Assembly: GCA_024704765.1 (NCBI GenBank)
Contig: JAKMXF010000343.1
Location: forward strand, 496,001 to 560,000
Origin: Oopsacas minuta
Taxonomy: Eukaryota; Animalia; Porifera
DNA length: 64,000 nucleotides
Direction: 5' to 3'
Within the stretch, counting starts at the first letter, position 1. Each line of letters starts with the position of its first letter. Shown piece after piece: positions 61,701 through 64,000 of this stretch. A program made the position numbers and the translations under genes. The notes under the pieces are model-generated. The model saw only the letters and a program-made list of their open reading frames with translations. It was not told where the DNA came from and made no database searches.

Positions 61701-63891
61701 TGTGAGTGGTAAGTATAATGGGAAATCATATAGTGTATTACAGGGCTACCGAGAGCCACATAAGGCCACAAGTTAAGTTTTATGAAGCCTCGTCATCTCT
61801 ATTACAATAGTGAGGTTCACACGTGAATTGACTAAGATAGAGGTTACTAGTGTCGCTAAAATTTTCGAAGTCATTGTCATCTCGCTACATTAATCTCTTT
61901 TGAATTCAAATACAATGGGGCCAATAGAGATAGTTGGCACATAGCAAGTATGGCTTATTTATCTGCCAAACGTACGGGGGATTTTTATTACTTTTGTTGT
62001 TCTGTACAGGGCAGGGACTAAGTAGATTTGTACATTGATTTTAGTTTAGATAAACTTACTGATTGTGTGAGCCCAATAACCTAAACTATTAAAGCATGTA
62101 CATTTTGTGTGTAAATCAAAAGTTCTTCTTCAAGCATACACGGATTTTCAGTACAGCCTATATATACTTTTAGCTTTTGTCACTTCAGAATTATTATTTG
62201 ATACACCTCAACGATATTTGAGTAAATATCGGTAAAATGATAATAATTACTATTTACAGATTAAAGATGGTATGCATAGGTTCTGCATGACATATAATGC
62301 TTGAGGCACAACTTAGTTCATGTATATATTCACGCGTATATTGATTCCCTTGAACCGGACCGCATGGAGCGAGAAGAGATCTTATGGGTGCACAGGGTTC
62401 TGGCGAATGCAATGGAGAAATGAGAAATCCACACAGGGATATGACACAAATGGGTTTGCACCTAGCAGGTATGCATATCATAAAAAGATATAAAATATAC
62501 GTATGAAGGTTTGTATTGATTATAGAAAAGCTTTTGAAATAATTTCAGATTGTCTGACTAGTCTGTATCTGGTAAAGAGAGAGTCAAAATTGGTGAGCAC
62601 AGCCCCGGGAAATTTTGGCTCCCCATAAGCCCTCTCGACGTTCCTGGTGTACTGTACCTTAAGTAATCTAATTACCTGTATTTGGGTCAATGTCGGGTAT
62701 TACAGCTGTATAGGTCCTATTCATCCCACCACTCTCTGTAACTTCACAGCTGTATGATCCAGGTTGAGTAGTGTAAACTTGTATAGTACTAATTCCTGTA
62801 TTAGGATCAGTTGTAGAAGTGAGATCAGTTCTGATACCAGATAGATCTACATAACTCCACATCACTTCTGGTGTGTTCATATTCTCTGTAATACAGTAGA
62901 GAGTAGTGTCTGTTGTTAGAATTGTATTGTCTGATAATGCAGAGTATGATGATGCTATTACTTCTCCGAATACGTCCACTAAAGGATAACAAGCAATATA
63001 TATAATATAAACGTCCCACGTACATCAAATATTGGCAATTATTCCTTAAACAAGTCTTACAACTTGGACTACATATTCCAAATTTCTGACTATAGAATTA
63101 TTCAAATTACAAAAACACTTACATTTAGTACCACAGAAGTAGCAAGGCAGTATGTCTGTACATGGTGTATCATTCCAAGTGTCTAAAATATTCGTAGTAT
63201 GTACACATTGTTCAGGAGGTCCACCATTGGGCTGACCAGTATCAAATCTCCTGAAATTATTGACAGTACCATCTGCCCAAGTAAATCTCCCGTTAATGTC
63301 TGTCTCCCTCAATCCTATCCAACATTCTATTGAGCCAGTATTTATGCTAAACAACAAGTTATTCTGTTCACTTGATGATATTGTAACTAGGTCATAACCA
63401 CTTGAAACACATTGTAGTCTAGAATCTTCCCAGTCGAGTGAGCCTGTGAAATAATTGATACATGTCCCATCACTTGATATAGCATCACATCCACTTGTAG
63501 GCACTACAATACAAAGAAAGCATGTGAATGCTAAGTATGAGTCTAATATAGTCCGCAAAGATTCAAAATTACGAACAATGTACTCTACCTGTAGTTGGGT
63601 CAGTGTCGGGTATTACAGCTGTATAGGTTTCATTCATCCCTCCACTCTCTGTAACTTCACAGCTGTAGTATCCAGGCTGAGTAGTGTACACTGTCATAGT
63701 ACTAACTCCTGTATTAGGATCAGTTGTAGAAGTGAGATCAGTTCTGATACCAAATAGATCTACATAACTCCACATCACTTCTGGTGTGTTCATATTCTCT
63801 GTAATACAGTAGAGAGTAGTGTCTGACGTTAGAATTGTATTGTCTGATAATGCAGAGTATGTTGATGCTATTACTTCTCCGAATACGTCCA
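58778..63891 (-). CDS. Type I membrane receptor, 3' part: (Ig-like / C-type lectin)n, further Ig-like domains, FN3, TM, short tail; continues beyond the window
   Basis: Phase-1 exons: Ig-like 63589-891, 62676-978, 60855-61156; C-type lectin 63123-503, 61301-681 (WIGL, CVH..WND.PC); 60526-783; 59994-60268 (DEGLYRF). Terminal exon 58778-59409 encodes FN3, a hydrophobic TM stretch of about 29 aa and the tail. The 59410-59993 interval is unresolved. Confidence 0.8.
60329..60501. mobile_element. pogo-like MITE, same family as 51309-51476
   Basis: TA|CAGTGCAAACTCGTTAATACG ... CGTATTTACGAGGTTCCACTG, sharing the internal TTACTCCGG.TAATAC segment. Confidence 0.65.
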
Positions 63892-64000
63892 CTAAAGCAT
63901 AACAAGCAATATATATATAATACAAACGTCTCACGTACATCATAATTGGCGAGTATTCCGTAAACAAGTATTACATTTCGGGCTACACATTCCAAATTTC
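60855..64000 (-). repeat. Tandem duplication of an Ig-exon/lectin-exon cassette including introns
   Basis: Near-identical blocks offset by 1,822 bp (61156/62978; 61681/63503) and 913 bp (62978/63891). Confidence 0.92.

Noticed and set aside
58778-64000. V(D)J-like rearrangement of the Ig/lectin cassettes by the RAG1-like element
   Set aside because: I saw no heptamer-spacer-AAAGAATAG signals around these exons. Stray CACAGTG/CACTGTG words (11039, 22065, 30315) are about the number expected by chance, and the transposase copy here is dead.
1-64000. Prokaryotic operon or defence-island interpretation
   Set aside because: More than 30 phase-consistent GT-AG introns and animal-type domains show this is a eukaryotic nuclear locus.

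Overview
AT-rich eukaryotic (animal) genomic DNA with many short GT-AG introns (often about 60 bp). The gene style suggests a sponge, possibly a glass sponge, but this is inference only. Host genes: a frameshifted ankyrin-repeat gene, an intronless TRAF-like gene, two NHL-repeat genes (one nested in an intron), three METTL27/WBSCR27-like methyltransferase paralogues, an AIG1/GIMAP GTPase fused to a Hint (hedgehog/intein) domain, a multi-exon kinesin with a 9 x 55-aa stalk repeat followed by WD40 exons (KIF21-like layout), and the 3' part of a type I membrane receptor built from tandem Ig-like and C-type-lectin exon cassettes. Transposons: two DD37E Tc1-like elements (one with an intact ORF), a Buster-type hAT, a Chapaev3-like element, many MITEs, and a decayed 3,295-bp Transib/RAG1-like element inserted inside the hAT. 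That element is the standout. It has a 5-bp TSD and the canonical RSS heptamer CACAGTG at both ends, each followed by the same 9-mer at unequal spacers (10 and 19 nt). Its transposase has RAG1-like NBD and C-terminal zinc-tail motifs. Several genes carry isolated 1-bp indels, so some frameshifts may be assembly errors. All exon models, alignments and counts were done by eye.
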